Positions 1 to 11,782 of a stretch of 64,000 nucleotides of DNA are shown here, piece after piece. Positions within the stretch are counted from its first letter, which is position 1. Each line of letters begins with the position of its first letter. Where the stretch lies: contig AP026157.1 of assembly GCA_030295235.1 (NCBI GenBank), positions 372,001 to 436,000 on the forward strand. Direction: 5' to 3'. The translations under genes were made by a program, and so were the position numbers. Origin of the DNA: Fistulifera solaris. Lineage: Eukaryota. The notes under the pieces were generated by a model, which was not told the DNA's origin, did no database searches, and saw only the letters and a list, made by a program, of their open reading frames with translations.

Positions 1-276
1 AAAAGGTTGCATGCATTTTTCGCGCGAGCATAATTAAACAGAATCATAGTGTCGAAGTCAACAAAGATCTCTAAAAAGATCCGATATCAGGGCAAGAAAA
101 AGATCCTCTTACATTTTCAAAACATCACCGAACCGCATATTTTCAATTAGCTCGACCAGGTAAACAGATTTACAAATAATATCGCTGTGAACATTTTCGT
201 GGCTATCGAACTAACAAACTTCTTTCCCACTCGTTTCGTTCAGACAGTTCAGTGCTCTCTCTATTCGAATCCAATC

Positions 277-903
277 ATGAAGTTTCTTATCTCGAAAATT
301 GTCCTCGTGTTTTCCATCCTTACGACCGCTACGGCGACAATTGAGGTCGAAGCCGCCCCTGAACCAATGACATTTGCAGAAAAACTAGCGTTGATTGAAG
401 GCGATGGTAACCGTCGGTCGATGCGAGAGCTTCAAGCATCTCTGACGTACAAGGGTAATATTTGCAGCACGGAGACGCAAATGATGATGTTCTGCAGCAC
501 TCGAGACTCGGACTGCCGCTCCAGTGACTGGGACTACTGGCGATTGAATTTGCAAGCCGGCACGACCTACACCATCGAAGTGGACCGTGTTACGTGCTCC
601 ATGGATCCTGCTCTCAGTTTGTTTCAGGGAGTCGGGACTACCTTGCCTGAGGATTGTTTCTATATAGAACAAAGCACGGAAACGCTAACTTTTGTTGCCG
701 AATCGGACGACAATGATCCAGAACCCGCTTTTTGTCTTGAACAATCGTCGCCCTTTTCCGATCCCAAAATCACTGTCACTCCCGACACGACTGGGCCGTT
801 CACTTTGGCTGTCATTAATTTCGCCTCAAACATCGAACTCTGCACTGGAGCTGTGGGTTATCAGTATAAGGTGATCATCAATCCATCTCCTTCGTGCAGT
901 TAA
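277..903 (+). CDS. Secreted protein with a PPC (pre-peptidase C-terminal)-like beta-sandwich domain
   Basis: ATG at 277 begins a signal peptide (MKFLISKIVLVFSILTTATA). DYWRLNLQAGTTYTIEV...DPALSLF...AESDDND...DPKITVT...GPFTLAV resembles PPC/DVUA0089-type domains. Confidence 0.55.
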   Translation: MKFLISKIVLVFSILTTATATIEVEAAPEPMTFAEKLALIEGDGNRRSMRELQASLTYKGNICSTETQMMMFCSTRDSDCRSSDWDYWRLNLQAGTTYTIEVDRVTCSMDPALSLFQGVGTTLPEDCFYIEQSTETLTFVAESDDNDPEPAFCLEQSSPFSDPKITVTPDTTGPFTLAVINFASNIELCTGAVGYQYKVIINPSPSCS

Positions 904-1502
904 TGAGCAGAGCGAACAGTGGCCGACAGTTAGTACTCTTTGCAATGCGATATTCGCTCCTTCCGGCAAGGTATGATTCCAACTTTTAAGATGCGATAAG
1001 ATCGAATACTTAACGATTTCACAAATAATCATCTTGTTCGCCTCGTATCGGAGGATTAGCACTGTTTCATTGTGATGAACGAGTGAATGTGGTTCGAAGA
1101 TGCGCGGTGTCTCAACATCCACAGAAACTCTGTTTGACTTTTATAGATTTGCAGAAAATCTGTACAGCGGCTGCTTCCGGCGCGGCTTCGACATTATTTC
1201 AGTCACGTTCTCGACTGAATGTTTCGTCGTCCGTTCGTCTACACGCCAAGCGAATAAAATAGGCCGTGTTTTTTTTCGCGTTTTTGGTTTTGATGATGAT
1301 GCGGTCACATCGCGCATTACTTGGCATAATAACAAGGATGAGCTTTTGCTGTCGTTCGAGTGAAGCAAATTGCGAAACAAGTCAAGCGCAACAAACGGAC
1401 GGGTAATGACAAAGAAGAGTTAACAATTACTTTAGAAACAATCAACTCGGCGAAAGGAGTTTTGTCATTCTATTTCTTTTCTCTTTCGAACATATTCTGA
1501 CA

Positions 1503-2752
1503 ATGACGAGTGAATCATCAACGACGGCGGAAGTTCCTTCACGTAACCGCCGTTCCGCTTTGTATTTCCTAATAACTGTATGTATATGGTCGTTCTTCTT
1601 TCTCGTACAAGAACGAGAGAGTTTGACCCTGTTAGCGTCGTCCTTACAAGGACGTTCTTCACTACAACAAGTTGAAACAAGCAGAAATTACATTCGTAAC
1701 ATTGACGAGAGCTATTACAGTCGCAACAGCACAAGGAACAATGAAACCATTCACATATTATTCGGTCTCAAAGGAAAAGACCCAGCGTTTCTGGCGGAAT
1801 TTCAAGTCGCACTCAAAAATGTGTTATTGCAAGCTCCGCTCGATCAACCCATGCACATTCATATAATGGCCGATGAAGAAGCGTATCAAGCTATTACAAT
1901 CAAATCAAAACAACCCACCGATCCACTGCGCATCTTTGTGCCGTCGTTGCATCAAAAGTGGATGTCTTTGCAACCTATACAACTCCATATCTACAATGTC
2001 CAACAATTGCTCGAACAAGTATGGACGCCCTTTCTGAAAGACAAATTTCAGTCCTTTTCGTTTCAAAGCATGACGGGGCATCATACCGTTGGAGCATTCT
2101 TTCGTCTCTTGGCGCATCACATTTTATTACCACACGATCCTTCGATTCAGTATGTCATTTATTTGGATCCCGATGTTCTCTTTTTGGCAAACGTACAAGC
2201 GGCGTGGCAAGAACGACCCATTCACAATCCCGATATACTGTTTGCGTGGGGTGCCAGCATGTGTTCGGGGTTTTTGTTGTTAAATGTGCAACGCTTACAT
2301 GTCTTTTGGGAACTCTCCGATACCTTGGATTTACAAAAGTCGCCAAACAATACAAACAATCGCCCAACGATCAATTGTTTTTGCGGGCCATGAATGTCAC
2401 ACATCCCGACCAGGTAGTATTGTTGCCACCGGCGTGGGATATCAACATTGCCGATGGAATTTGGAAAATGGCCAAAACGATAGTGCAGGAACGACCCCAA
2501 ATCGGTATGATGCATTTCAATGGCGGACCCCACCGGACACCACCGGAACCGTATTATAAAGTCCACGACTTTTTGACCAAACCCGAATTGGTCGAGACCT
2601 GGGGTGTGGCCTTGTATTATGCCCGAATGCCGTGGACGTGGGCGCGGTATTTTGCCGAAAGTCAAATTCCCGCGCATCGTCCGGCGTATCCGCTGCAAGT
2701 GCATCTGCATCCGACCAGTTGTCCGGAAGGAAACTGTACGGCGAGTCCATAG
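1503..2752 (+). CDS. Type II membrane glycosyltransferase, GT8-like (LARGE/xylosyltransferase-like); frameshift near 2340
   Basis: N-terminal TM helix. Motifs AFFRL, YLDPDVLF (DxD) and SGFLLLN lie in ORF 1503-2393; NDQLF, LPPAWD and HFNGG continue in ORF 1958-2752. Confidence 0.75.
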
Positions 2753-2791
2753 AACTGTCGATGTGATTATAGAATTTTATACTTTATTTGC

Positions 2792-4354
2792 TTATGCGCG
2801 ATTCTGTTTCCATTGCACCAATCGACGACCCATTTCGTTCATGGCTTCGACACCACCATGGGGCCACGTGTAGACTATACGAAACATACCCGGCTTTTCA
2901 CCGTGAAAGCTTTCTCCCAATGTCAACAACACATTGGCCTCATGGTACAGCTCCATCCACAATTCGCGCTCGGTTTGATTCGGACGCAAATACGCAGAAA
3001 AGTCGGCCCACGCAAAGAGCGTTCCTTGGGTGCCTTCATACACCGAAACATCAATTCGTGCTAAAGCCTCTTTCGCGGCCACGAACACTTCGTACAATCG
3101 TTTTTGATTTTCCGCCAAATACCAATCTCTCCATTCTTTGTCTTCTAAGAGTTGCGTGAACGCCCATTGGGTCAACTGTGAAACACCATTGTAATACGAC
3201 AACATCCCCATGGCCTCGTACAAGGCCGTATTGTGCGTCATTAACGTTCCGACCCGCAACCCACTGGCCCCCCAATCTTTCGAAAGACCGGCCACAATGT
3301 GTACGCGATCTCCCAAATAGTGCGTAGCGTTGGTATCTTGGTTCTTTTGCCACATGATTTCGGCCGCACTCGTGACGTGAACTCCGGGAAAGACGGAATT
3401 GCCATAAATTTCGTCCGAGACCACGTGCAAATCGTGTTCCAACGCCCAATCGATCATCAACTGCATAGCTTCTTTGGAGTACACGGCCCCCGTGGGATTG
3501 TGCGGTTGACACAGCAGAAGAATGCGGGGAGTATGACCCGCTTGTTGGGAAGCGTGATACGCCCGTTCGAGATCGTGACGCGTCGGTTCATAATTCGTCG
3601 CCGAAACAGTCGGGATGAGTTGCAGATGCAAATGACCATGAATCCCAAAATCACCCGGAAACGCCGCATAAATAGGTCCATTCACCAAGACTCCTTCGTC
3701 GGCTTCCGCCAAGGTCCACGATAAAACATCGAGAATGGCACCAGCTCCACTGCCTACCACGAGCGCATCGGGACGAACGGGGACGCCGTTCATCCACGAA
3801 TCTTCCATCATGTGCGCCAATGCTTGCCGGAAGGTACTGTGACCATGAAAGTCATCATAGTCAAAGACCCATTCCGGTATCGAGGTATTTTGCATGGAAG
3901 CTTGCAGTTTTTGTGACAATTCTGGATAGAGGAGACGATTTTCGGCCATTAACAGAATCAACTTGCCGTCGGGGTTGTCGACAGGATGATATTCATTCGC
4001 TTTGGCGTCCATGAATACGGCAATATCATCACGCACTAAAGGAATAATGGCGCGCGACGACAAATGCTGCGGGCCTTTGGTGGGTAAATGGTGTGTTGAT
4101 GTGTGATGCCTGTGATGATGATGCGGCGATGCATGAGAGAGTACATCAACGGCGGTCGTCGTTGATGATTCCTTAGTGCCGATCCATGTCGAACAAGCCA
4201 GAATTATTAGCACGAGAGCGATACTCAAGAGACTGTACGACGACCATCGTTGACTTGCGGCTTGGATGGGGGCGAAGGATTGCGTGTGTTCGTTGTCGAG
4301 AATATCGTCATTTTGTGTTATACGAATCGATTGATACGAATTTGTTGTTTTCAT
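2792..4354 (-). CDS. PLP-dependent class I/II aminotransferase, ACC-synthase-like, with N-terminal TM anchor and His-rich linker
   Basis: Motifs MAENRL, PHNPTG, SDEIY and GLSKDWGASGLRVG (PLP lysine). ATG at 4354. Confidence 0.85.
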   Translation of the reverse strand: MKTTNSYQSIRITQNDDILDNEHTQSFAPIQAASQRWSSYSLLSIALVLIILACSTWIGTKESSTTTAVDVLSHASPHHHHRHHTSTHHLPTKGPQHLSSRAIIPLVRDDIAVFMDAKANEYHPVDNPDGKLILLMAENRLLYPELSQKLQASMQNTSIPEWVFDYDDFHGHSTFRQALAHMMEDSWMNGVPVRPDALVVGSGAGAILDVLSWTLAEADEGVLVNGPIYAAFPGDFGIHGHLHLQLIPTVSATNYEPTRHDLERAYHASQQAGHTPRILLLCQPHNPTGAVYSKEAMQLMIDWALEHDLHVVSDEIYGNSVFPGVHVTSAAEIMWQKNQDTNATHYLGDRVHIVAGLSKDWGASGLRVGTLMTHNTALYEAMGMLSYYNGVSQLTQWAFTQLLEDKEWRDWYLAENQKRLYEVFVAAKEALARIDVSVYEGTQGTLFAWADFSAYLRPNQTERELWMELYHEANVLLTLGESFHGEKPGMFRIVYTWPHGGVEAMNEMGRRLVQWKQNRA

Positions 4355-5270
4355 GGTGAAGCTGCGATTGCTGTGAAGAGTTATAGTGTTATGTAGGTCC
4401 AAGGAACGGAAAAACCATTAGCATAGCATGGATTTTTCGAAAATAAGAGGCGCGCATACCTCGAAACAAAATCTTCCGAAAAAAAGAAAAGCCGCGACGC
4501 GACGATCGAGAGCGGGAGGAATAAGATCGAAGATGTTCGTGGTTTTACTATCCCATAAAGTGTATGCGAAGTTTTCTCGTGATTGGATTTGCTGTCACGA
4601 GCTAGATCATAGAGGGGTTCGTCGAACTCAAGAAGATCAATAATTTACTAATCTACTCAAATTTTTTCATCACTATGTAAATGCTTTATCACAACGTAAA
4701 GCTCATAGCTGGACTGACAGGATATAGCCAAATTTCGTGTCTCGTATTGTTCCTGTAACATTGAAAGAACCTTCGTTCCATCGTCATTCCTTCCCATTTT
4801 CCCCACGTGTACACCACATGAGCCGTCTTTTTCGCTCATGATGTAATAATTTAGAGAGCTGCTGCATTCGTCAAAAACTGCAACGTTTTACGGAGTTTTT
4901 TTTGACGACTAGTTCCATCCAAAAGGGACTCCTCATGACTGAAAGACGGTTTCCAGTCTTGGTGAAAACGGACAACACTTCTTTGTCGGTATAGTAATTA
5001 AGGCTTCAAAAAGGCTATTCGCGGAGTGTAAGTCCGTACAGGAAAAGACCGAAAGAGGCCCTTCTAACGTCTTCGCGGAGTTTTGGAACACATTGCAGAT
5101 TGGTTTGTTGACATGCAACTCTCTTTCATCGTGTTCTCATAATTCATCATTATCATTCCTTCGAACCACATCGAAGAAATACAAAATAACCAAACTATCC
5201 TTCACAATCAATTGATTCATTCAATTTTATCTTCATTTGTAACAGCAGCATTAACTAACAACATTAGAGA

Positions 5271-5641
5271 ATGACAACAACAAGCGAACAAGACGAGATT
5301 CTCGCAACGCCGGAAGAAATTCGAACACTTTTGGCGAACGATGACACGGTTATTTTGGATGTTCGTGGACCGGAAGAAATCTTAGAGACGGGTTATTGGA
5401 AGACGAAACGTCCGAGTGATGGACATCCGCATCGATGGATTCAATTGGCCTGTTCACGAACGGACGCGCCGTTGCTGGAACTGACGATGGATTCTCTACT
5501 CGACGCGAAAGATCAACCCATATTGATTCATTGCAAAAGCGGAAAACGCGCGGGCTTGGCCAAGCGTGTGTTGGAAAAAAGCAGGTTACACGAATGTATG
5601 GAATGCGGGTGGTTGGAGTGATGTTGAGCCCTTTGTTGTGA
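5271..5641 (+). CDS. Single-domain rhodanese (sulfurtransferase); probable frameshift in the A-run near 5575
   Basis: ILDVRGPEE and active-site loop HCKSGKRA. Clear paralogue of the 15051-15524 gene. The true stop is uncertain. Confidence 0.8.
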
Positions 5642-5780
5642 AAGAATAATCGAGAATGTAGGAATAGATTTTTTCATTAAGTGTAAATAAATAAATTGAA
5701 TGGATCAAAAGACTAAACAACTTCGTATACAGGCTATAAATTCATACACATGAAATATTTTTCCATCCTTTTCTCTTGTA

Positions 5781-7088
5781 TTACACCACTTTATTGTTCG
5801 CCACCCACTGCTCTTTCACGGCCGCAATCAAAATGGCCGCAGCTTGTTCGACTTCTGATTTGGTGGTCGTATGCGATACGGACAGTCGAATCGTTCCCAA
5901 GGCAAACTCGGTCGGTACTTTCATCGCTAGTAAGACTGCGGAGACTTGTGCCTGCGGTGTATGACACGAAGCTCCGGCACTGGCGGCCACACGATCACCG
6001 ACCGCTTGCAACAACGCACCGGCTTGTACATTTTTGATTCCGACCGAAAGTGTATTCGGTAATCGCCACGCCGGATCGGTTGGTCCATTCGCTTTCACAT
6101 TATCGACACCCAATCCGTCCGTTAACAGTTGCAACAACAACGTCCGCATCGCTTCCATGTGTTGGGCACGTTGTTGCCATTCTTGTGATGCCAATGCACA
6201 CGCGGTTCCGAATCCGACCAAATACGGGACATTTTCCGTCCCACCCCGACGTCCGTATTCTTGTCCACCACCCCACAACAAATTGACTTCTTGTTGCAAA
6301 CAACCGGGACGGACGTACAAACAACCCACGCCTTTGGGTGCGCCCATTTTGTGTCCGACCAATGTGATCATATCGGGTCCATTTTCACCAAACAGCATAC
6401 TGACTCTACCCGCCGCTTGTGCGGCATCCGTATGAAACAAAATGTCGTGTTGACGACAATATTGCGCAATTTCTTGGATTGGTTGCACCGCCCCCGTTTC
6501 ATTGTTGGCGTATTGAATCGTCACCAAGCACGTGGATTTCGTTATCGCCTGTAGGACTTGATTCGCATCGACGCGGCCTTCTTGATTCACAGGCACATAC
6601 GTGACACGACAGCGTCCTAAATTCTGTAAATGTTCCAAATAATGCGCAATCGCGGGATGTTCGACGTTGGTGGTAACAATGTGCGGTGGAACTTGCGTGG
6701 CATTCTGTAAGGCCAACGCAATGGCCCAATTGTCGGCTTCGGTACCACTGGCCGTAAACCACACCGCCGACAAGGGCGTCGCCGCAGAAGTAGGATCTTC
6801 TAGACCCAACAACTGCAAGACTTGTTGTCTCGCTTTCTGAATAGAAGCCGCCGGAACTTGTCCCGCCCAATGATTCGTACTACTCGGATTCCCAAATTCT
6901 TTGGTGAAAAAAGGAATCATGGCTTGATAGACGCGGTCATCGATTGGTGTCGTCGCATTGGAGTCGAAATAAATGCGCGGTTGCTGTTTGTGTTTTTTGC
7001 TGACAATCAAATGGGCGACAAAGGCGGTAGCGACAAACGCAACGGTTGTTGTCGGCCACGAAAGCAGTGACTGCTGTAATGACTGCAT
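5781..7088 (-). CDS. Cysteine desulfurase / selenocysteine-lyase-like class V PLP enzyme with N-terminal hydrophobic anchor
   Basis: YFDSNATTP, GNPSS, HTDAAQ, VGHK (PLP Lys), GGGQE..RGGTEN, catalytic Cys in ASAGASCH. Confidence 0.9.
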   Translation of the reverse strand: MQSLQQSLLSWPTTTVAFVATAFVAHLIVSKKHKQQPRIYFDSNATTPIDDRVYQAMIPFFTKEFGNPSSTNHWAGQVPAASIQKARQQVLQLLGLEDPTSAATPLSAVWFTASGTEADNWAIALALQNATQVPPHIVTTNVEHPAIAHYLEHLQNLGRCRVTYVPVNQEGRVDANQVLQAITKSTCLVTIQYANNETGAVQPIQEIAQYCRQHDILFHTDAAQAAGRVSMLFGENGPDMITLVGHKMGAPKGVGCLYVRPGCLQQEVNLLWGGGQEYGRRGGTENVPYLVGFGTACALASQEWQQRAQHMEAMRTLLLQLLTDGLGVDNVKANGPTDPAWRLPNTLSVGIKNVQAGALLQAVGDRVAASAGASCHTPQAQVSAVLLAMKVPTEFALGTIRLSVSHTTTKSEVEQAAAILIAAVKEQWVANNKVV

Positions 7089-7595
7089 TTGTTATAAGAT
7101 TAAGCAGAATGGATAAGCAATCAGCAGTGTTTATTCTTGGAAAAGGAATGAAGAAGACTCGTCGAATGCAACTTCAGCGTGTTTCTTTTTTTTTGTTGCG
7201 CGTGCAACGTCGCGGTCCCGGGTAACTGGGTCCCTGATGTGACGCCAGCTTCCAGCGGTAGAGCACGAAAGACCCCTGTATGGGTTCTCGGCGGCTTCGT
7301 GTAAAGAACAAAAGAGTGTCGTCAATGGGCTTGTTCGATTCTTCATGCGTAATAAAGGATTGCGAAACACAGCAGTTGGGACTAAGAGTTGGAAGGACAA
7401 ACGTATCTACTATCATACAAAATGTAGGCTACATTATCCAAGACTGCGTTTCAATCATGATTCAAGATTCGTTCGAACGACGCTGTTATATTACCTCTTG
7501 TCCATCAGCTTTGACAAATCAAGAACGATCAGTGCGAATCCATCTCAAACAGTCGTATACTATATTCTCTAAAAATGAAACTACACGTATGCTAA

Positions 7596-9196
7596 TCAAC
7601 GCCCATCGGTTTCGTCACTTTCACTTTCTTCTCCACTGCTGTTGCCACTGTCACTGATGCGGGTGGCGTCACCACGCTTGCGGCGTTTCGGTGCTTTGTC
7701 TCTCGTGGTAGTGTCATCCACCCGCAAATTGTCCAAGGGTCGTATCGAACACACGCATTCGGGTCGTTCGCCGGCAAAGTGCACCACGCCATTGAGAGAG
7801 ACGCGTTTGTTGGTGTTGCTCTTGTCGACAAGTTCCAGTTCCCATACGCCCGTACCCAATTGGACTGTATCGGACACATCCTCTCGGGCCGCCAAGGAAT
7901 CCATAAAAGCGGCTTTCAGTATACGCACACTCTCGGGTGACAAACGATCCCAAAACGACGTTCCTTCCAGTTCCGAAGCAGTAAACGAAAGAAATCGTTC
8001 CACGGATTCCGAAACAAACCACAGCTTGCCCGACGAATCAAAGACAACTACCAAGTCCGGAATAGACCGCAGAATTTGTTCTTTACGCCGTAATCCATCA
8101 TTCTCTTCTTTTAACTCTTCAATAAATTGTTTCTTGCGCTTCCGACTCAACTGGGCCGATTTCCGATTCGCGGCCCGCTTCATCTGCTTCTTGCCCTCGG
8201 GTTCATCGTCCGAGGCATCCGGATCGTTGGTTGTTGGTAACGAATTCACCGACGCTTGAAGGTTGTTGGGAAGTGGAGGAGGCATATTGTTGGACGATAA
8301 CGAAGAGAGCAAGTTCGGTGATGTTTGGGAACGCGGAAGGACTTGCGACTTAGTCGACCGACTCGCATCCTCTGTGGAACGAAAAAGACAAGTGCAACCG
8401 AGAGAACGTGAGTGACGTGGATTGTGAAAAAGCAACGCATCATCCAATCAAAACAAAACAAGCAAACACGTCATGCAGGTCGAAAGTACTTTTGCTTCAA
8501 CATCAACTGGCTGATAAGTTGCACCTTCTGTGTACACTCCAGCAGCTACACGATATTCGGTATGGAAAATACTGTACTCCGCGCACTCTCCAGTCATCGC
8601 AACGAGCTCGATCGATCGAGGACGCAATGCACCATGGTAGACCCCTTGCTGACTTGCGGAACAACACATCGTCGTCTTTGTTCACCTAAACAGGATATTT
8701 CGAACAAGTATGAAAAGTACCTACCTGCGGCAGCTGCCGTACGACCCGAAAGAAGCATTTGCAACGCCTGATTCGGAAACGGCACAAACGGATTCGCGCT
8801 CGGCAAGGCTTGTCCCGCGTTCGCCAGGAAATGAAGCAAATCCAACTGTGAATTGTTGTTGTTATTTGTGGCAAAGTTCATTCCATTCAGTCCTTGTAAC
8901 AGTGTCGCCATGGCGGTAGGATTGATGCCGGAACTCAACGCTTGTGACAATAATTGTGGATTGATGGTGGTTTGTGATACTTGTTGTTGTTGTTGTTGAT
9001 GTTGTTGTTGCAGAGCAGCAGTCAGATTGACAATCGATTGCAAGTCGATTGATGAAGATGATGCATGATTTCCCTCGGAAGTGGATGACCCATTGTTGCT
9101 GTTGTTGTTGCTGTTATTCGTGTCGTTGCTGTTGTTTCGGTGAGAAGAAGCCGAGGCCAGCGCTGCCAAGGCTTCCAATCCCTTGTTGTTGTTCAT
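7596..9196 (-). CDS. bZIP-PAS transcription factor; exons 9196-8725 and 8371-7596
   Basis: KRAANRKSAQLSRKRKK basic region and zipper, followed by a PAS domain (IPDLVVVFDSSGKLWFVSES). GT-AG intron 8724-8372 joins the N/Q-rich N-terminus in frame (GCA G|AG GAT). Confidence 0.85.
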
Positions 9197-10021
9197 GTTT
9201 ACACTTCTTGTTCTTTTCAAGGCTTTGTAGATTGTGAGGGAAAGAAGAAGAGAGATGTTCGAATGAGTTGCAGTGAGAATGCATGTGTGTGTTGGAGTTG
9301 CCGCGGAAAGAGTGCAGTTTTGCTGCACGATGATTATTTACGGCAAGCAACAAAGCCAACGCGGCGTAACAAAACGCACGTCGGCGTCGGCTTACGTCAG
9401 CACATTACCATCTGACTTTGTGTTTCTTTTCTGTCTTCACTATGAAACAGAGTGTACTCCGAAGCAGATGGAGTGTATTCGTCGAATGGCCAAACAGATG
9501 GCGTTCTACTCAATGATTGGATCGTGATGACCCAAAGAAAACAAGATGGCGGAAGTGCCGAAGATGACGTGTGTGACGTCGATCATGCCATGGAATCACG
9601 ACACGACGCGAAGCCTTGTTTTGTGTATCCGTCTAACAGTAGAACGGGAATACGGAATACGACACACCGGTTCTTCCATCTGACACTTTCTTGAGGTGAC
9701 GAGTTCCGCCGGACGGGTTCGTTTTTCTTCATCCGAACTCCGCGCGCACACAACCGCAACGAGAACGGATGGCATCATTTCACTTCTTGTACTGTAGCAA
9801 TAGATGAAGGATACTCTAGTTGATGCTGCCACCGTTAGCATTCGTTCCGTTGTCTAAGTTGACTTTTATTTGAGAAGCCTGAAAAAATGAGAAGCGACAT
9901 CAAGTCAAATAAATACAGCATACGAAAAAAAGATCATGTCGTTCGCTTCCTTCATTTCTTCCTCATTCTTTCATTTTTTGATTTGAACCACTAAATTGAT
10001 TTATTAATATTAAACAACAAA

Positions 10022-11648
10022 ATGACACGTCCTCTCGTCAATGAAGAAGGCTCTCCTTTCTTTGCCGATCTTACGACATTGCATACCTTACAAGAACGCT
10101 ATCCCTTTACCGCAGCCGAATTGGAGATTCTCGTCCGTTGTCACGAGCTTGCCGAGGAGCAGTCGTTTCTGGTGAAGTTAGCCACCGCTTCACCCTATTC
10201 GGTCTTTTTTCTTCCCGATTATACCGCCGTCGATCGAGTGACTTGGTTGGAAGAACATGTGTTGCCCGCCGGCTTTTCTCATCAACTACAATCCGCCTTA
10301 GTAGAACAAGATGCAGCTCCTACTTCTTCGCTGGAACAATTTCTCGAGGGGATTGCAAATACGGGACGAAATGGTCCCCAAGAATCACTTCGTGTCTTGT
10401 ATCGGTGTGTGGAAGGTTCGATTGATCCCGAGGCGGCCGTCGCGGATCTCGTTGTGCGGTTGGCCTTGGCCACACAATTGTGGCATCGTCCGGAAGTGCC
10501 CGAGACCGACGGCTACGTGCAAGAGTTTCAAGAATATTATCATCCGACCATTCATCGAATCACGGACCATTTGAGAAACTTTACGAATCAAAAACACGAA
10601 CAGCGAAAGGAAACCAAGAGTAGTCATATCACGAGCTTGACGGAACGTATTTTCCTCGAATGGGCGGAAGAAACGTTTCCGTTGCTGTATCTCACTTTGA
10701 CGGATCTGGTGGAAAGTCTTTTGTTTCATGGATTACATGCGAATGTCGAGGAAGAAACATCGACGATGCGCGCCAAGATTGCTTTGCCAGAACTGAATCT
10801 GCCCAGCGAAATCTTCACACCCAGTATCGTCATGCCGTTGGCATGGATGGATCCAGCGTTGTCCGGAAAAGTAAGTTTTGTTTTGTTTTTGTGCCGGTCC
10901 TTTTCGACATCTTGTTTTCCTTACCGCCTACCTCCTTTCACCTTAGTTTTACCGATTGTATTCGTCCTTTCACGATGGGCAGTCGTTCAATCGTTTGGAA
11001 TACGCTATATTGGGCTACGAAGGTCCGACCTGTGTCATGATTCACACCACTGCGAATGCTGTCTTGGGTGTCTTTACCAACGCACGTTGGCGTGCCTGTC
11101 GCGATACATCCGGTCATACGAGTGATGAAGCATTCCTGTTTACGTGCCAGCCCGCTTGGAACGTGTATCGTTTGTGCCATAAAGGAGAAAAGCAGCACCT
11201 GTGGTACTTGTACTCACAGGAACTCGACAGCAGTAATAAGAATATCACGGCACCGGAAGGGTTGGGCTGGGGCGGTACGAGTGACATGCCCCGCTTGTGG
11301 ATCCCTGCGTCGCTGGAACGGTGCCATGCGGGTGGATGGGATAAAACGTATCAACCAGGTCCATTGTTGCCAGACGAATGCTGCGAACGATTTGAAATCC
11401 AGTATTTGGAAGTTTGGGCCGTCGGTGGCGAGGAGCGGATCGAACAAGGACTGGCGAAGCAAGCCATGTTTCGACAACAAACCAAGGAAGCCTTGCAGCA
11501 GGCTCGCGTCGTACTGGACAAGCGGGAGTTTGTAAATGATTTACAGCAAATGCCATTGACCAAAGTGTTTCAACATCAAGCTCTGAGCCGTGGAAGACAC
11601 GATTTTGTTTTGGATGAAAAACATGGCGGGTACAAGATTGAGGAGTAA
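10022..11648 (+). CDS. TLDc-domain protein; intron 10871-10946
   Basis: A phase-0 gtaagt...ttag intron gives FYRLYSSFHDGQSFNRL..GYEGPT...GLGWGG...FEIQYLEVWAVGG, typical of TLDc. Confidence 0.85.
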
Positions 11649-11782
11649 GTCTTGTTGAGGGAGGCGACCAATGCGACTTTATATTCACTGCATCAAATGC
11701 ATGCTGAAAACAATATTTCATGTTTAACATTAAACGCTAGCTAGCTAGTTAATACATCAACGTACGCATCGTGCTGCGCATA

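Noticed and set aside
7596..8285. Aureochrome (bZIP-LOV)
   Set aside because: The PAS domain lacks the GxNCRFLQ flavin-binding motif.
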